A stretch of DNA of 37,838 bases, from assembly GCA_041811795.1 (NCBI GenBank), contig JBGXRX010000153.1, positions 1 through 37,838 on the forward strand, written 5' to 3'. Under the pieces are notes generated by a model that did not search any database, was not told where the DNA came from, and saw only the letters and a program-made list of their open reading frames with translations. Positions 25,074-34,595 of the stretch are shown here, piece by piece. The position numbers were made by a program, and so were the translations under genes. This DNA comes from Erysipelothrix sp. (lineage in GTDB: Bacteria > Bacillota_I > Bacilli_A > Erysipelotrichales > Erysipelotrichaceae). How positions within the stretch are numbered: the stretch's first letter is position 1; every line of letters begins with the position of its first letter.

Positions 25074-26927
25074 TTACGCCTCCTTTTGTTTCAGTACCAT
25101 TGCCAAAATCGCTATATCAGCAGGGTTTACTCCTGATATTCTTGATGCTTGGCCCATAGTTTCTGGTTTAACTGCGTTTAGTCTTTGAGCACCCTCAGTA
25201 GACAAGTTTTGAATTTGAGTATAATCTGTATCGACCGACAGTTTAATATCTTCCATTAAACGTAATTTCTCAGCTTCTTTCAGCGCTTTCTTGATATACC
25301 CTTCGTACTTAATGTCTACCTGGATTTGGAAGACTAATTCATGTGCTACTTCAATATCCATCAACTCTAAAATATCTGCTAATTCAACTTGAGGACGCTT
25401 AACAGCATCATAAATTGATAAGTCATGAGCATCAAAAGGAGAATTTTTAGATTCAAAGTATGCTTTGAAAGATTCAGTATGAGGAATTTTAATATTCTTA
25501 CTTTCCTCGATAAACTGATTCATTGTTGCAATATCTGTCTTTATTGTATCGTATTTGCTATCGCTCAACAAGCCAATGTCATGTCCAAAATGAGATAAAC
25601 GACGATATGCATTATCGTGTCTTAAGAGAAGACGGTATTCAGCTCGTGAAGTCAGTAAACGGTAAGGTTCTAGAGTCCCTTTAGTAACTAAATCATCGAT
25701 CATAACTCCTATATAAGCTTCATCTCTTTTAAGAATAAGTGCATCTCTACCCATATTTTTTAGTGAAGCATTGATTCCAGCCATCAGACCTTGTCCTGCT
25801 GCTTCTTCATATCCTGAAGTACCATTAATTTGGCCTGCAGTGAATAGCCCATCAACGGTCATAATTTCTAGACTTGGTTTAAGTTGAATCGGATCTACTG
25901 CATCATACTCAATTGCATAACCATATGCTTGAATACGACAGTTTTCTAATCCAGGTACAGTACGAATCATTTGATCTTGTACATCGTCTGGAAGTGAAGA
26001 TGATAGTCCTTGAGCATAAGTCGTATCAAGACTAGCAGCTTCAGGTTCTAGGAAAATTTGATGACGTTCTTTGTCAGCAAATCTAACAATTTTATCCTCA
26101 ATTGAAGGACAATAACGTGCACCTATTCCTTCAACTACTCCAGAATACATACTTGATTTATCTAAGTTTGCTGCAATAATTTCATGTGTTTTCTCATTAG
26201 TATAAGTTAAATAACATGGATACTGTTCTTGAATCACATCTTCTTGTTTTGTTTCATTAGAGAAGTAGTAAGGTTTACTATCTCCTGGTTGAATTGTTGT
26301 TTTAGAAAAATCGATTGAGTCAGTATAGATACGTGCTGGCGTACCCGTTTTTAATCTAAATGTTTTTAGACCTAACGATCTTAATGAATCAGATAGTGAA
26401 TTACTTGTAGGATCACCTTCAGGTCCACTAATGGTAACTTTGTCAGATTTCATTATTTTTGAAGACATGTAGGTTCCTGAAGTGATAATCACAGTCTTAG
26501 CTGCGATGAACTCATCATTAGCACACATAATTCCAGTAACTTTATTATTTTCTGTTACTACCTCCATAACCATTTTTTGTACAATTTCGATATCTTTATC
26601 ATTAACAACTGAATCTCGCATTGCTTTTGAATATTCTATTTTATCGGACTGAACACGTAAACACTGTACTCCAGGTCCTTTACTTGAATTTAAAATTCTA
26701 AATTGAAGGGCTGTTTGGTCGGCAATTTTACCCATGATTCCACCCAGTGCCTCAATTTCACGAACAACAATCCCTTTTGCTGGTCCTCCAATACTTGGAT
26801 TACATGGCATTGCTGCTATACGGTCAACATTCAGAGTAAAAAGAGCAGTTTTTTGCCCCATACGAGCTGCTGCTTTTGCTGCTTCTACACCTGCGTGTCC
26901 ACCACCTACTACAATTACATCATACAT
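25074..26927 (-). CDS. mnmG: tRNA uridine 5-carboxymethylaminomethyl modification enzyme (GidA)
   Basis: GGGHAGVEAA, CNPSIGG, KTGTPAR, RYCPSIEDK and AGQINGTSGYEEAA motifs. Start at ATG 26927, 8 nt after GGAGG. Confidence 0.97.
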   Translation of the reverse strand: MYDVIVVGGGHAGVEAAKAAARMGQKTALFTLNVDRIAAMPCNPSIGGPAKGIVVREIEALGGIMGKIADQTALQFRILNSSKGPGVQCLRVQSDKIEYSKAMRDSVVNDKDIEIVQKMVMEVVTENNKVTGIMCANDEFIAAKTVIITSGTYMSSKIMKSDKVTISGPEGDPTSNSLSDSLRSLGLKTFRLKTGTPARIYTDSIDFSKTTIQPGDSKPYYFSNETKQEDVIQEQYPCYLTYTNEKTHEIIAANLDKSSMYSGVVEGIGARYCPSIEDKIVRFADKERHQIFLEPEAASLDTTYAQGLSSSLPDDVQDQMIRTVPGLENCRIQAYGYAIEYDAVDPIQLKPSLEIMTVDGLFTAGQINGTSGYEEAAGQGLMAGINASLKNMGRDALILKRDEAYIGVMIDDLVTKGTLEPYRLLTSRAEYRLLLRHDNAYRRLSHFGHDIGLLSDSKYDTIKTDIATMNQFIEESKNIKIPHTESFKAYFESKNSPFDAHDLSIYDAVKRPQVELADILELMDIEVAHELVFQIQVDIKYEGYIKKALKEAEKLRLMEDIKLSVDTDYTQIQNLSTEGAQRLNAVKPETMGQASRISGVNPADIAILAMVLKQKEA

Positions 26928-26946
26928 AGTCAAAACCTCCGTTTAG

Positions 26947-26955
26947 ATTTTACCA
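26947..26955 (-). promoter_or_regulatory. Extended -10 (TGGTAAAAT) of mnmG
   Basis: Plus strand attttacca just upstream of the mnmG RBS. Confidence 0.55.
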
Positions 26956-26992
26956 CACATAGTGACAAACTAAGAGCCACAAGCCTAATTAA

Positions 26993-27040
26993 TTGACAAA
27001 ATTCGCTTATTGTATTACTGTATGGTTACAGGTAGTACAG
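26993..27040 (+). promoter_or_regulatory. Promoter and YtrA-type operator of the GntR-ABC operon
   Basis: TTGACA-N17-TACTGT; inverted repeat CTGTA-N13-TACAG (27018-27040) matches the TGTA-N13-TACA YtrA-family operator geometry. Confidence 0.75.
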
Positions 27041-27048
27041 GAGGGCAT

Positions 27049-27411
27049 ATGATACAAATAGACAACCGATCGCAAATACCTATTTTTGAGCAAATCTTTT
27101 ATCAAGTTCGTAAAATGATTGCACTGGCCATATTCAAACCAGATGATCAGCTTCCTACAGTCAGACAATTAGCTCGCGACCTTGGAGTAAACCCAAATAC
27201 AATCTCTAAGGCTTATGCCTTATGTGAGAGTAGTAATCTAATAATCTCTAAACCAGGTCTTGGATATTTTGTGAAAGATTCGGATTATGCAATTAATCAC
27301 GCAGTCACTGATTATAAGGAAAAAATAAGATCCTTGATCAAAGATTTACTTGAATTAGGATTCAATCAGGAGGAGATCTTAAACCTCATCAAAGGAGAAC
27401 TCAATGCTTAA
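27049..27411 (+). CDS. GntR-family (YtrA subfamily) regulator
   Basis: PIFEQI, LPTVRQLARDLGVNPNTISKAY and GLGYFV motifs with a short C-terminus. Start at ATG 27049 after GGAGGG. Confidence 0.92.
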   Translation: MIQIDNRSQIPIFEQIFYQVRKMIALAIFKPDDQLPTVRQLARDLGVNPNTISKAYALCESSNLIISKPGLGYFVKDSDYAINHAVTDYKEKIRSLIKDLLELGFNQEEILNLIKGELNA

Positions 27412-28294
27412 ACTTACTAACGTTAACAAAAGTTATGATGACAAATTAGTCTTACATGATGTTTCCCTATCTATAGAAATGGGAACAGTACTGGGAGTAG
27501 TTGGTCCAAACGGTTCCGGTAAATCTACTATATTAAGACTGCTAGCAGGAGTTATTGAAGCTGATGCAGGATTAGTTCAGATTGATAACCAAAATATATT
27601 TGACAATGCTCCACTACAAGAAGGTATCGTTTTCTTAGCTGATGACCCTTACTTCTTACTACAATCCACATTAAAGGACATGAAATCATTCTATAAAAAA
27701 TTCTACCCGAAATTCGATGACCTTTACTATACAGAATTAGTGTCAGAGTTTAATATTAGTGAAACTGAGAAACTATCGAATTTCTCTAAAGGTATGAAAC
27801 GTCAAGCAACACTAATATTAGCTATGGCATGTAAACCAAAAATCCTAATTATGGATGAGACTTTCGATGGATTGGATCCACTCATGAGATTTAAATTAAA
27901 ACAGTTCATTATTGATGGAATCTCTAGTCAAGATATGATCGTTGTCATCAGTTCTCACGCTTTAGGTGAGATCGAAAGCATTTGTGATTCTATTATTCTT
28001 GTAAATCATAAAGGCATCTCTATTTCAGAGAGAATGGATGACCTCTTTGATCGTTATACTCGATTTCAAGTAGTATTTGAAGAAGTACCACCAGAGAAAT
28101 TACTCAAACGCCTTAATGCCTTATCAATTGAGGGAAACCAAAGAATTTATAACATAATCATGAGAGGTGATCGTGATGCAGCAAAAGCAGCAATCGATAA
28201 ACTCGAACCACTTATTGTGGAATCAACCTCAATGACTTTGGATGAAATATACCGATACGAGGTGAAAGGAGATTCTAATGAAAAGATTCTTTAA
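27404..28294 (+). CDS. ABC transporter ATP-binding protein (YtrB-like)
   Basis: GPNGSGKST, FSKGMKRQ, MDETFDGLDP and SSH motifs. Confidence 0.93.
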   Translation: MLKLTNVNKSYDDKLVLHDVSLSIEMGTVLGVVGPNGSGKSTILRLLAGVIEADAGLVQIDNQNIFDNAPLQEGIVFLADDPYFLLQSTLKDMKSFYKKFYPKFDDLYYTELVSEFNISETEKLSNFSKGMKRQATLILAMACKPKILIMDETFDGLDPLMRFKLKQFIIDGISSQDMIVVISSHALGEIESICDSIILVNHKGISISERMDDLFDRYTRFQVVFEEVPPEKLLKRLNALSIEGNQRIYNIIMRGDRDAAKAAIDKLEPLIVESTSMTLDEIYRYEVKGDSNEKIL

Positions 28295-30251
28295 CGGGAG
28301 TGTTCACCGCCCTCTATTGAAAGATACTCTATTTAAAAATAAAAACTTTATACTACTTTTTACATTAACTATGTTTTTATCTTTCCCAGTACCTTTAATG
28401 TTAAACAAAAACTACATTTTTGATTACATCGGAAATGACTTCTATACTTCCACCATGGCTCTATTTTACGTTGCCACAGCCGCAATATTAATAATTGTTC
28501 CATTCTTCTTCTTTAACTATCTAACTAAAAAAAGATCAGTGGATTTTATTCATTCACTTCCGATATCAAGAATAGACTTGTTTCTAACTTTTTCCTTAGC
28601 ATCATTCTTGATAGTTTTTATTCCATTCCTTTTAACTTACTGGTTTGGAATGGGAGTTGTATATGTTAACTCTTCTCTATCATTCCGATGGCAACACTTG
28701 TTTCTGTTTATACAGGCAGTCCTACTGTTTGCAGCCATTCAATTACCTACAATATTTGTAATAATGAATACTGGAACGCTATCGGATTCAGTCATCTTTA
28801 CATTAATACTGTTTGCTGCACCTTTTGTAGCATACGTTGCTATCAGCGACTTTACTTCATCTTATCTTATAGGAATAGCAAACCTGTCGAGCACAAACAT
28901 TCTATTATACATATCTCCGGCAGCTTACTTTGTTTCTACATTGAGTAACGATTTGATAGCTATCGACAATAATATTCTTACTCTATACTGGATTATATTT
29001 GCACTCATTGGATATATAGTTTCAGGATCAATGTACCGTCACTGGAAATCAGAGTTCTCTGAAAAACCATTCAATAATGAGTATTTCTATCCATTTGTAG
29101 CATCTCTATTCACAGCTTTACTCTTCATATTTATGCTTGCGGCATTCTCTGAAGATCCTAATGCTCCTCTAAGATTCTTGTCACCAAGAAACCTTATATA
29201 CCCAGTTCTATTTACCTATATTTTCTATTTAGTACTCGATTTCATAAAACAAAGATCTACAAAGTTCTTCTTTGTAGCTACTAAACACTATGTTTATATC
29301 ATAATTTTTGCTTTATCAGTCTCTACAATTGTCTTTACAACTCAAGGATTTGGTTATGCATGGTCAGTACCAAAAGAAGATAAAGTAGAGAGTATTAAAT
29401 TCAAAGTCGGATCCTATTACTACGACCCATTTGATAGAAATAATTATGAAGTTGTAATTACTGACGAAGATGAAATCCATCAAGTATTGAGTAGACACCA
29501 GGCTCTCGTTAATGACTTTAAGGCAGCAAACAAGTTCTTCTCTGAAACAAAGCTTGACCAATATTCCAATATCGGGATGATTACTTTCGAGTACACACTT
29601 ACAGGAAATGACAAGCTTAAGAGAACATTCAAGATTCCGCAACAGTTGGCAGATTCCTTATACGATTTCACATTAATCCCAAGTATCCAAAAATCAGCAA
29701 ACAAAGTCTTCCTAGAAGAAAAAGTTTCTGAGGTTAGAGTGTTTGATGGTGGAGCAATAAATGAATATGTCCTCATGGATGAAAATATTAACACTCTCAA
29801 AAGCCTCATTGAACTAGATTATGATTCAATGGTGGGTAAAACTTATGATGATCAAGATTATCAGATTCAATCTATTGTCACTTTTGCAAGATTAGTAAAT
29901 GATCAATCTGACGAGATGGAGCGTACTATCAAAGATACTATCTATCTGGATCTTAGATTTGAAAATGCATTAAGTTATCTAAAAAACTTTGCTATAGAAC
30001 CAACGAATTTCGTTATCCAAGAAGACCATTCATCCTATGTTTTAGATTTTGATTTAAACCATATTCAAACTGTCCTAGACTCTTATTACCAATTGGATCC
30101 AACTCAAGTAATATCTAAAGAAGAACAAGAGAGCCAATTGGACTCCTTCTATAGTTACCAGTCTAAAAAAACGATTGAGTCAATAATTCAAGTATTAACA
30201 GACAATGATGAAGAAAAAGTTGCATACATCATCTTAGCTAAATTCAAATAA
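28278..30251 (+). CDS. ABC transporter permease-like multi-pass membrane protein with a large C-terminal soluble domain
   Basis: About 10 TM segments; D-x-x-HSLPISR motif typical of ABC-2 permeases; overlaps the ATPase gene. Confidence 0.8.
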   Translation: MKRFFNGSVHRPLLKDTLFKNKNFILLFTLTMFLSFPVPLMLNKNYIFDYIGNDFYTSTMALFYVATAAILIIVPFFFFNYLTKKRSVDFIHSLPISRIDLFLTFSLASFLIVFIPFLLTYWFGMGVVYVNSSLSFRWQHLFLFIQAVLLFAAIQLPTIFVIMNTGTLSDSVIFTLILFAAPFVAYVAISDFTSSYLIGIANLSSTNILLYISPAAYFVSTLSNDLIAIDNNILTLYWIIFALIGYIVSGSMYRHWKSEFSEKPFNNEYFYPFVASLFTALLFIFMLAAFSEDPNAPLRFLSPRNLIYPVLFTYIFYLVLDFIKQRSTKFFFVATKHYVYIIIFALSVSTIVFTTQGFGYAWSVPKEDKVESIKFKVGSYYYDPFDRNNYEVVITDEDEIHQVLSRHQALVNDFKAANKFFSETKLDQYSNIGMITFEYTLTGNDKLKRTFKIPQQLADSLYDFTLIPSIQKSANKVFLEEKVSEVRVFDGGAINEYVLMDENINTLKSLIELDYDSMVGKTYDDQDYQIQSIVTFARLVNDQSDEMERTIKDTIYLDLRFENALSYLKNFAIEPTNFVIQEDHSSYVLDFDLNHIQTVLDSYYQLDPTQVISKEEQESQLDSFYSYQSKKTIESIIQVLTDNDEEKVAYIILAKFK

Positions 30252-30281
30252 AAACTCGAAAATTTAATTTCGAGTTTTTTT
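30250..30281. terminator. Bidirectional terminator between the permease and lemA
   Basis: AAAAACTCGAAA-N6-TTTCGAGTTTTT. Confidence 0.85.
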
Positions 30282-30822
30282 ACAGTTTAATATTTACTAA
30301 TGCCTGTTCTTTGCTAGTCGCCTCAAAATAAGGTTTTATTTTTGCGCTTTTCATAGGATTGAGTAAATTATTGGGTGTTGTTTGTATGAATGTATTATAC
30401 ATATTAACGTTTTGATTATGAAGCCTTCTAGCTGCTTGGAGATGTTCTTCACAGTCAACTAAAGCCTTTTGTAAGTGTAAGAAGTTAGTATCTGACTTAA
30501 TAACCGGATAGTTTTCTACCAGTGCAAATAGTTGAGCTTTAACCTGAGTCATTGATTCGTTATAAGAGTGAAGATCATCATGAGTATTATTTCTAATTTC
30601 TGCGATTTTTTCAAATACAGCTTTCTCATGAGCGGCAAAACCCTTTACCGTTTCTACCAGGTTGGTGATTAAGTTAAATCTTTTTGAAAGTGCTACATCA
30701 ATACCTGAAAGTGATTGTTCCGTTTTGGTTAAACGAGTGACATAGGTATTGTATGCATAAATATAATAAATTATAAAAGTAACAATTGAACCTATAATTA
30801 CTAGAAATAAACTTGATTCCAT
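30280..30822 (-). CDS. lemA: LemA-family protein
   Basis: N-terminal TM helix, YN, IDVALSKRFNLITNLVETVKG, HE, ENYP-x-IK-x-x-x-NF and ARR-x-x-N motifs. Confidence 0.92.
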   Translation of the reverse strand: MESSLFLVIIGSIVTFIIYYIYAYNTYVTRLTKTEQSLSGIDVALSKRFNLITNLVETVKGFAAHEKAVFEKIAEIRNNTHDDLHSYNESMTQVKAQLFALVENYPVIKSDTNFLHLQKALVDCEEHLQAARRLHNQNVNMYNTFIQTTPNNLLNPMKSAKIKPYFEATSKEQALVNIKL

Positions 30823-31709
30823 TATTCTTCCCCCTTTGTATTACTCATGAAGTAATCGTCTTCTAGATTTAATACAGTTATTAAATTTTTTATCCTAGCG
30901 ATTTCTGATCTTATATCTGTAAAATAACTATTATCTAAGTCTTTAAACACATTAGGCTCTAGTCTATCCTTATTTGAAAAGAAACCAAGGTAAATAATTC
31001 TATCAACTATGGATACCAATAGAGTTGCTTTATACTCTTCCTCAATCTCTAGAATCTTATCCATTAGATGTGGAGTTAAAATATAGTACAACTCCTGAGG
31101 ATTATTGGTATAAGCTTGGAAGACTTTCTCAAACTCTCTATGATCCAAGGCGATTTTTTGCATGTTCAAATTGCTTCTATTTCTACCAAGTCCAGCCCAT
31201 GTGCTAGTTATCTTATGTCTACCGAAAGTTTCTTTATTAAATGGAAACTGATATATCTGTCCGTGAAAATGATAAACAGTATGTGTGGTCTTCCCCGTAC
31301 TGTAGGTTGTTGAGGACACAACGTCAGCTCTTCTAAACTCCACTCCATTGAATACACCTCTTAAATCATCATTAGTAGTATAGCTAGTTCCAATTTTAAA
31401 TAAGTCTGTATACTCAATCTCTTCTTTTGAAAATCCTTCCTTAATCTTGTAAGTTACGTTTTCGAAGTCTTCAGAGAAAAGTTTGATGATTGTTTCGTTT
31501 TTTACTCTAGAATTATACTCAGCGTTAAATGCATAGGCAAATGCTACTGGGATCGCTACAAAAATTAATAGCCATAAAAAATTTCCATTATTTGCATACA
31601 TGGCAATCAAAAGAATGATTCCAGCCAATATTAGAGAAATAACAATTGCTATAATTCCCTTTGATCTATATTTGGCGGCTAGTGGACTTATTTGGTTTTT
31701 CTTAATCAT
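30822..31709 (-). CDS. DUF3137-like membrane protein, copy 2
   Basis: Two N-terminal TM helices, D-x-L-x-G, FHGQ, FEKVF and YILTPHLM motifs; next to lemA. Confidence 0.75.
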   Translation of the reverse strand: MIKKNQISPLAAKYRSKGIIAIVISLILAGIILLIAMYANNGNFLWLLIFVAIPVAFAYAFNAEYNSRVKNETIIKLFSEDFENVTYKIKEGFSKEEIEYTDLFKIGTSYTTNDDLRGVFNGVEFRRADVVSSTTYSTGKTTHTVYHFHGQIYQFPFNKETFGRHKITSTWAGLGRNRSNLNMQKIALDHREFEKVFQAYTNNPQELYYILTPHLMDKILEIEEEYKATLLVSIVDRIIYLGFFSNKDRLEPNVFKDLDNSYFTDIRSEIARIKNLITVLNLEDDYFMSNTKGEE

Positions 31710-32595
31710 TAGATAAACCTCTATCTACATTTAAATAATCATTCTCCAACCCTAATGTAGCTATAATTCCCTTAATTATATTGGCTGATGATTCCAGATC
31801 ACCTTTGTATTTAGCATCTGCGCCGCTAAATAACTTGGGCTCATGCATATCTTTGCTTGTATTAACTGCTACATAGATAACATTTTTTACTAGTACGATT
31901 GCGATGGGTTCTCTCATTTGATATTCAAGGTCCAAAACTTTCCTCATAAAATGAGGAGTAAAAACTAAAAACGCTTCATGATCATTTGTAGTTACAGTTT
32001 TAAAAGATTTATTGAACATACTATCTTCAAACTGAATTTTTTCAAATCGGAAAGGGTTAATCCTTCTAACGAAATTAGAAAGTGTTTTAGAACCTACTCG
32101 GTGATAATATTCTAAGTTTCTAGGAAAATCAAAAGAGTAAACCTGTCCACTAAAGTAAATTACTGTAGTTGAAGTGCTATTACCGCTCTGAGTGGTTGTA
32201 CTTGTGTTTACATCACATTTACTGAACTTAATATTATTATATTTACCCTTGATTAAATCATTGGTGACAAAACTAGAACCTGTTGTAAAAAGATTGAGTC
32301 TTTCAACTTCACTTTTAGAAATACCAGCCTTACCATCATAAGTCACTTCATCAAACAATTTTGAATAGACTTCTTTCACCAGACTATTCTTGATAATAGT
32401 TGCAAATTTTTTAGAAAATGAATTACCTAAGTAGATACAACCCATCCCCAACAACATAGTTGTCAGTGCTGGAGCAAGATCAAATGAAAATCCCATCATT
32501 ATACCAATTAAAAATAAAAAAAACCCAAGTGAAAAAGATCCAATTGCCATCATTCTATATCTTTTTACTTGTTCGTTATCAAGATTGTTATCCAT
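31702..32595 (-). CDS. DUF3137-like membrane protein, copy 1
   Basis: Two N-terminal TM helices, NDLIKG, FSGQ, FNKSF and LVFTPHFM motifs; visibly paralogous to the next gene. Confidence 0.75.
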   Translation of the reverse strand: MDNNLDNEQVKRYRMMAIGSFSLGFFLFLIGIMMGFSFDLAPALTTMLLGMGCIYLGNSFSKKFATIIKNSLVKEVYSKLFDEVTYDGKAGISKSEVERLNLFTTGSSFVTNDLIKGKYNNIKFSKCDVNTSTTTQSGNSTSTTVIYFSGQVYSFDFPRNLEYYHRVGSKTLSNFVRRINPFRFEKIQFEDSMFNKSFKTVTTNDHEAFLVFTPHFMRKVLDLEYQMREPIAIVLVKNVIYVAVNTSKDMHEPKLFSGADAKYKGDLESSANIIKGIIATLGLENDYLNVDRGLSND

Positions 32596-32604
32596 AGTTT
32601 CCCC

Positions 32605-33387
32605 CTAAAATAAAGCGTTGAGTCTTTCAATATGAGAAATATTATTATAATGAGCAAATTTCATTGTTTTAGAAAACGATGAAACTTCAACCTGTGTTAT
32701 ACCATCAAGATGTAAATGAAGATTATCATAGCAAAGAAGAGCATGTGTAAATTCTTTGTTCTTTAAAGTTACGCATGTTTCAGGAGAAACAATTAAAGGG
32801 GAACCAAGGCTTCGAGCATACCGATGATGAATTCCTGATATTTCAGTTATTTGTAGAAGATCGAGTCCTGGAAAAATAACCGCCCCTGCAATTGATCTAT
32901 TATATGCTGTTGATCCGTATTGCCCTGAGATACAAAGCCCATTTCCTCTGAAACTTTCAAAGTAATCATGATCTAAGTAGACATCCATCTCCTGAGTCTT
33001 AACTATATTCTCAACTCGTATCTCATTCAATGCAAAAACTTCAAACGAGTTTCCCTCATTTGAACAAGTTGCTTTTAAAATTCGTTTCTCTTCAATTACG
33101 GGTTCATTATGTTGAACATCGTAAATAAAATCATCTAACTGATTTACCGTATAATCAGTAGAGAAACCTAAAGTCCCTGAATGTATTCCCACAAACTTTA
33201 GGTGTTCAATTTTATCGAGCCACTTATGAAAGGCTTTAAGCAAGGTACCATCACCACCAATTACTACAACAAGTTCTGGGTTAGTGGTATCTTTTATGAA
33301 ACCTACTTGCGTAAGTGAATCTTCTATATATTTACAAGCTATACGGGAAGCATCGTCCCCACGGTTAACTGTAGTGAATCGTTTCAT
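32605..33387 (-). CDS. nadK: NAD kinase
   Basis: GGDGT, G-x-LGF, LNE and GSTAYN motifs. Confidence 0.94.
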   Translation of the reverse strand: MKRFTTVNRGDDASRIACKYIEDSLTQVGFIKDTTNPELVVVIGGDGTLLKAFHKWLDKIEHLKFVGIHSGTLGFSTDYTVNQLDDFIYDVQHNEPVIEEKRILKATCSNEGNSFEVFALNEIRVENIVKTQEMDVYLDHDYFESFRGNGLCISGQYGSTAYNRSIAGAVIFPGLDLLQITEISGIHHRYARSLGSPLIVSPETCVTLKNKEFTHALLCYDNLHLHLDGITQVEVSSFSKTMKFAHYNNISHIERLNALF

Positions 33388-33429
33388 AATTTACTTCCTT
33401 TTCTAATGATTCTATTGTAACATAGTTAT

Positions 33430-33969
33430 ATGAAACCACACTTAGAAATTGAGTATAAAACATTATTGACACAAGCTGAGTATCATAACCTTGATACTCA
33501 CTTTTCTTTTGATCAAATAGTTGAACAAACCAATATTTATTATGATGATACTAGAAAGACTCTATTTAATTTAGGAATAATGTGTCGCATAAGAATAATT
33601 GAAGATAGTTATGAATTTACCTTAAAGGTACCTCAAGATGAAGGTGTTTTGGAATATGAAGTAAGTATAGACTCTTTATCTTTAGAAACTCCAGAAATTG
33701 AAACTATACTTAGAGGATATAAACTCATAGCTGATGACCTGGTCGAAGTTGGAAAATCTCATACAGTCCGTAAAATATATAGAGACCAATTTGGAGAATG
33801 GTGTTTGGATGACAATACATTTTCTCACCATCAAGACTATGAGTTAGAGTATGAATTATATGGTCCTGCTGATGGTGCTTACGAACACTATCTTAAAGAA
33901 ATGAAGCAATTAAGCATCGAATACAAACAAGCTCAGCCTAAATATATAAGAGCTTTAGAATCCAAATAA
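33430..33969 (+). CDS. CYTH-domain protein (YjbK-like)
   Basis: EIEYK, QTNIYYD, RIR, FTLK, LD, DYELEYE and PK motifs; divergent from nadK as in the Bacillus yjb region. Confidence 0.9.
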   Translation: MKPHLEIEYKTLLTQAEYHNLDTHFSFDQIVEQTNIYYDDTRKTLFNLGIMCRIRIIEDSYEFTLKVPQDEGVLEYEVSIDSLSLETPEIETILRGYKLIADDLVEVGKSHTVRKIYRDQFGEWCLDDNTFSHHQDYELEYELYGPADGAYEHYLKEMKQLSIEYKQAQPKYIRALESK

Positions 33970-33998
33970 AAAGATCAACATTTGAAGTTGATCTTTTT
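33968..33998. terminator. Bidirectional terminator between the CYTH gene and recR
   Basis: AAAAAGATCAAC-N7-GTTGATCTTTTT. Confidence 0.85.
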
Positions 33999-34586
33999 CT
34001 ATATTTTTCTTCTTCCCTCAAATGCCTTCATCAAAGATAATTCATCAGCATAATCCAGATTGCCTACTGAAGACAAACCGAATGCTAATCGTGATACTTT
34101 AACTCGACCTTCAAGTTTCTTACTAATATATAAAGCTGTCATTTCCCCTTCAACAGTAGCATTCAGGCCTAATATAACCTCATTAACACTACCATCAAGT
34201 CTTTTAATCAGTGATTCAATATTTAGATCTTGAGGTAATACACCTTTATGGGTTGATATAAGTCCCCCTAAAACATGATATTGCCCGTGATAGTGATTCA
34301 TCTTTTGAATTGAAAAGACTTCTTTAGGATCAGAAACAACACAAATGATTGATTTATCGACAGTTTCACTGCTGCATAGGGAACATATTCTTAAGTCTGT
34401 AATATTATGACAAATAGGACACGGCTTTAGTGATTTTCTAGCTTCAACGAGCACAGCTGCTAAGTTAATCGTTATTGATTCATCTTTTTCCAGTAGTGCT
34501 AAAGCATACCTTTCAGCAGTTTTGATACCTACACCTGGCAATAAAGTAAGAGCTTCTATTAATTGATTTAATTTATTTGGATACAT
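33999..34586 (-). CDS. recR: Recombination mediator RecR
   Basis: LPGVGIKTAER HhH, CxxC-x8-CxxC zinc finger, YHVLGG, EGEMTA and LDYAD motifs. Confidence 0.96.
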   Translation of the reverse strand: MYPNKLNQLIEALTLLPGVGIKTAERYALALLEKDESITINLAAVLVEARKSLKPCPICHNITDLRICSLCSSETVDKSIICVVSDPKEVFSIQKMNHYHGQYHVLGGLISTHKGVLPQDLNIESLIKRLDGSVNEVILGLNATVEGEMTALYISKKLEGRVKVSRLAFGLSSVGNLDYADELSLMKAFEGRRKI

Positions 34587-34595
34587 AGATCTCTC

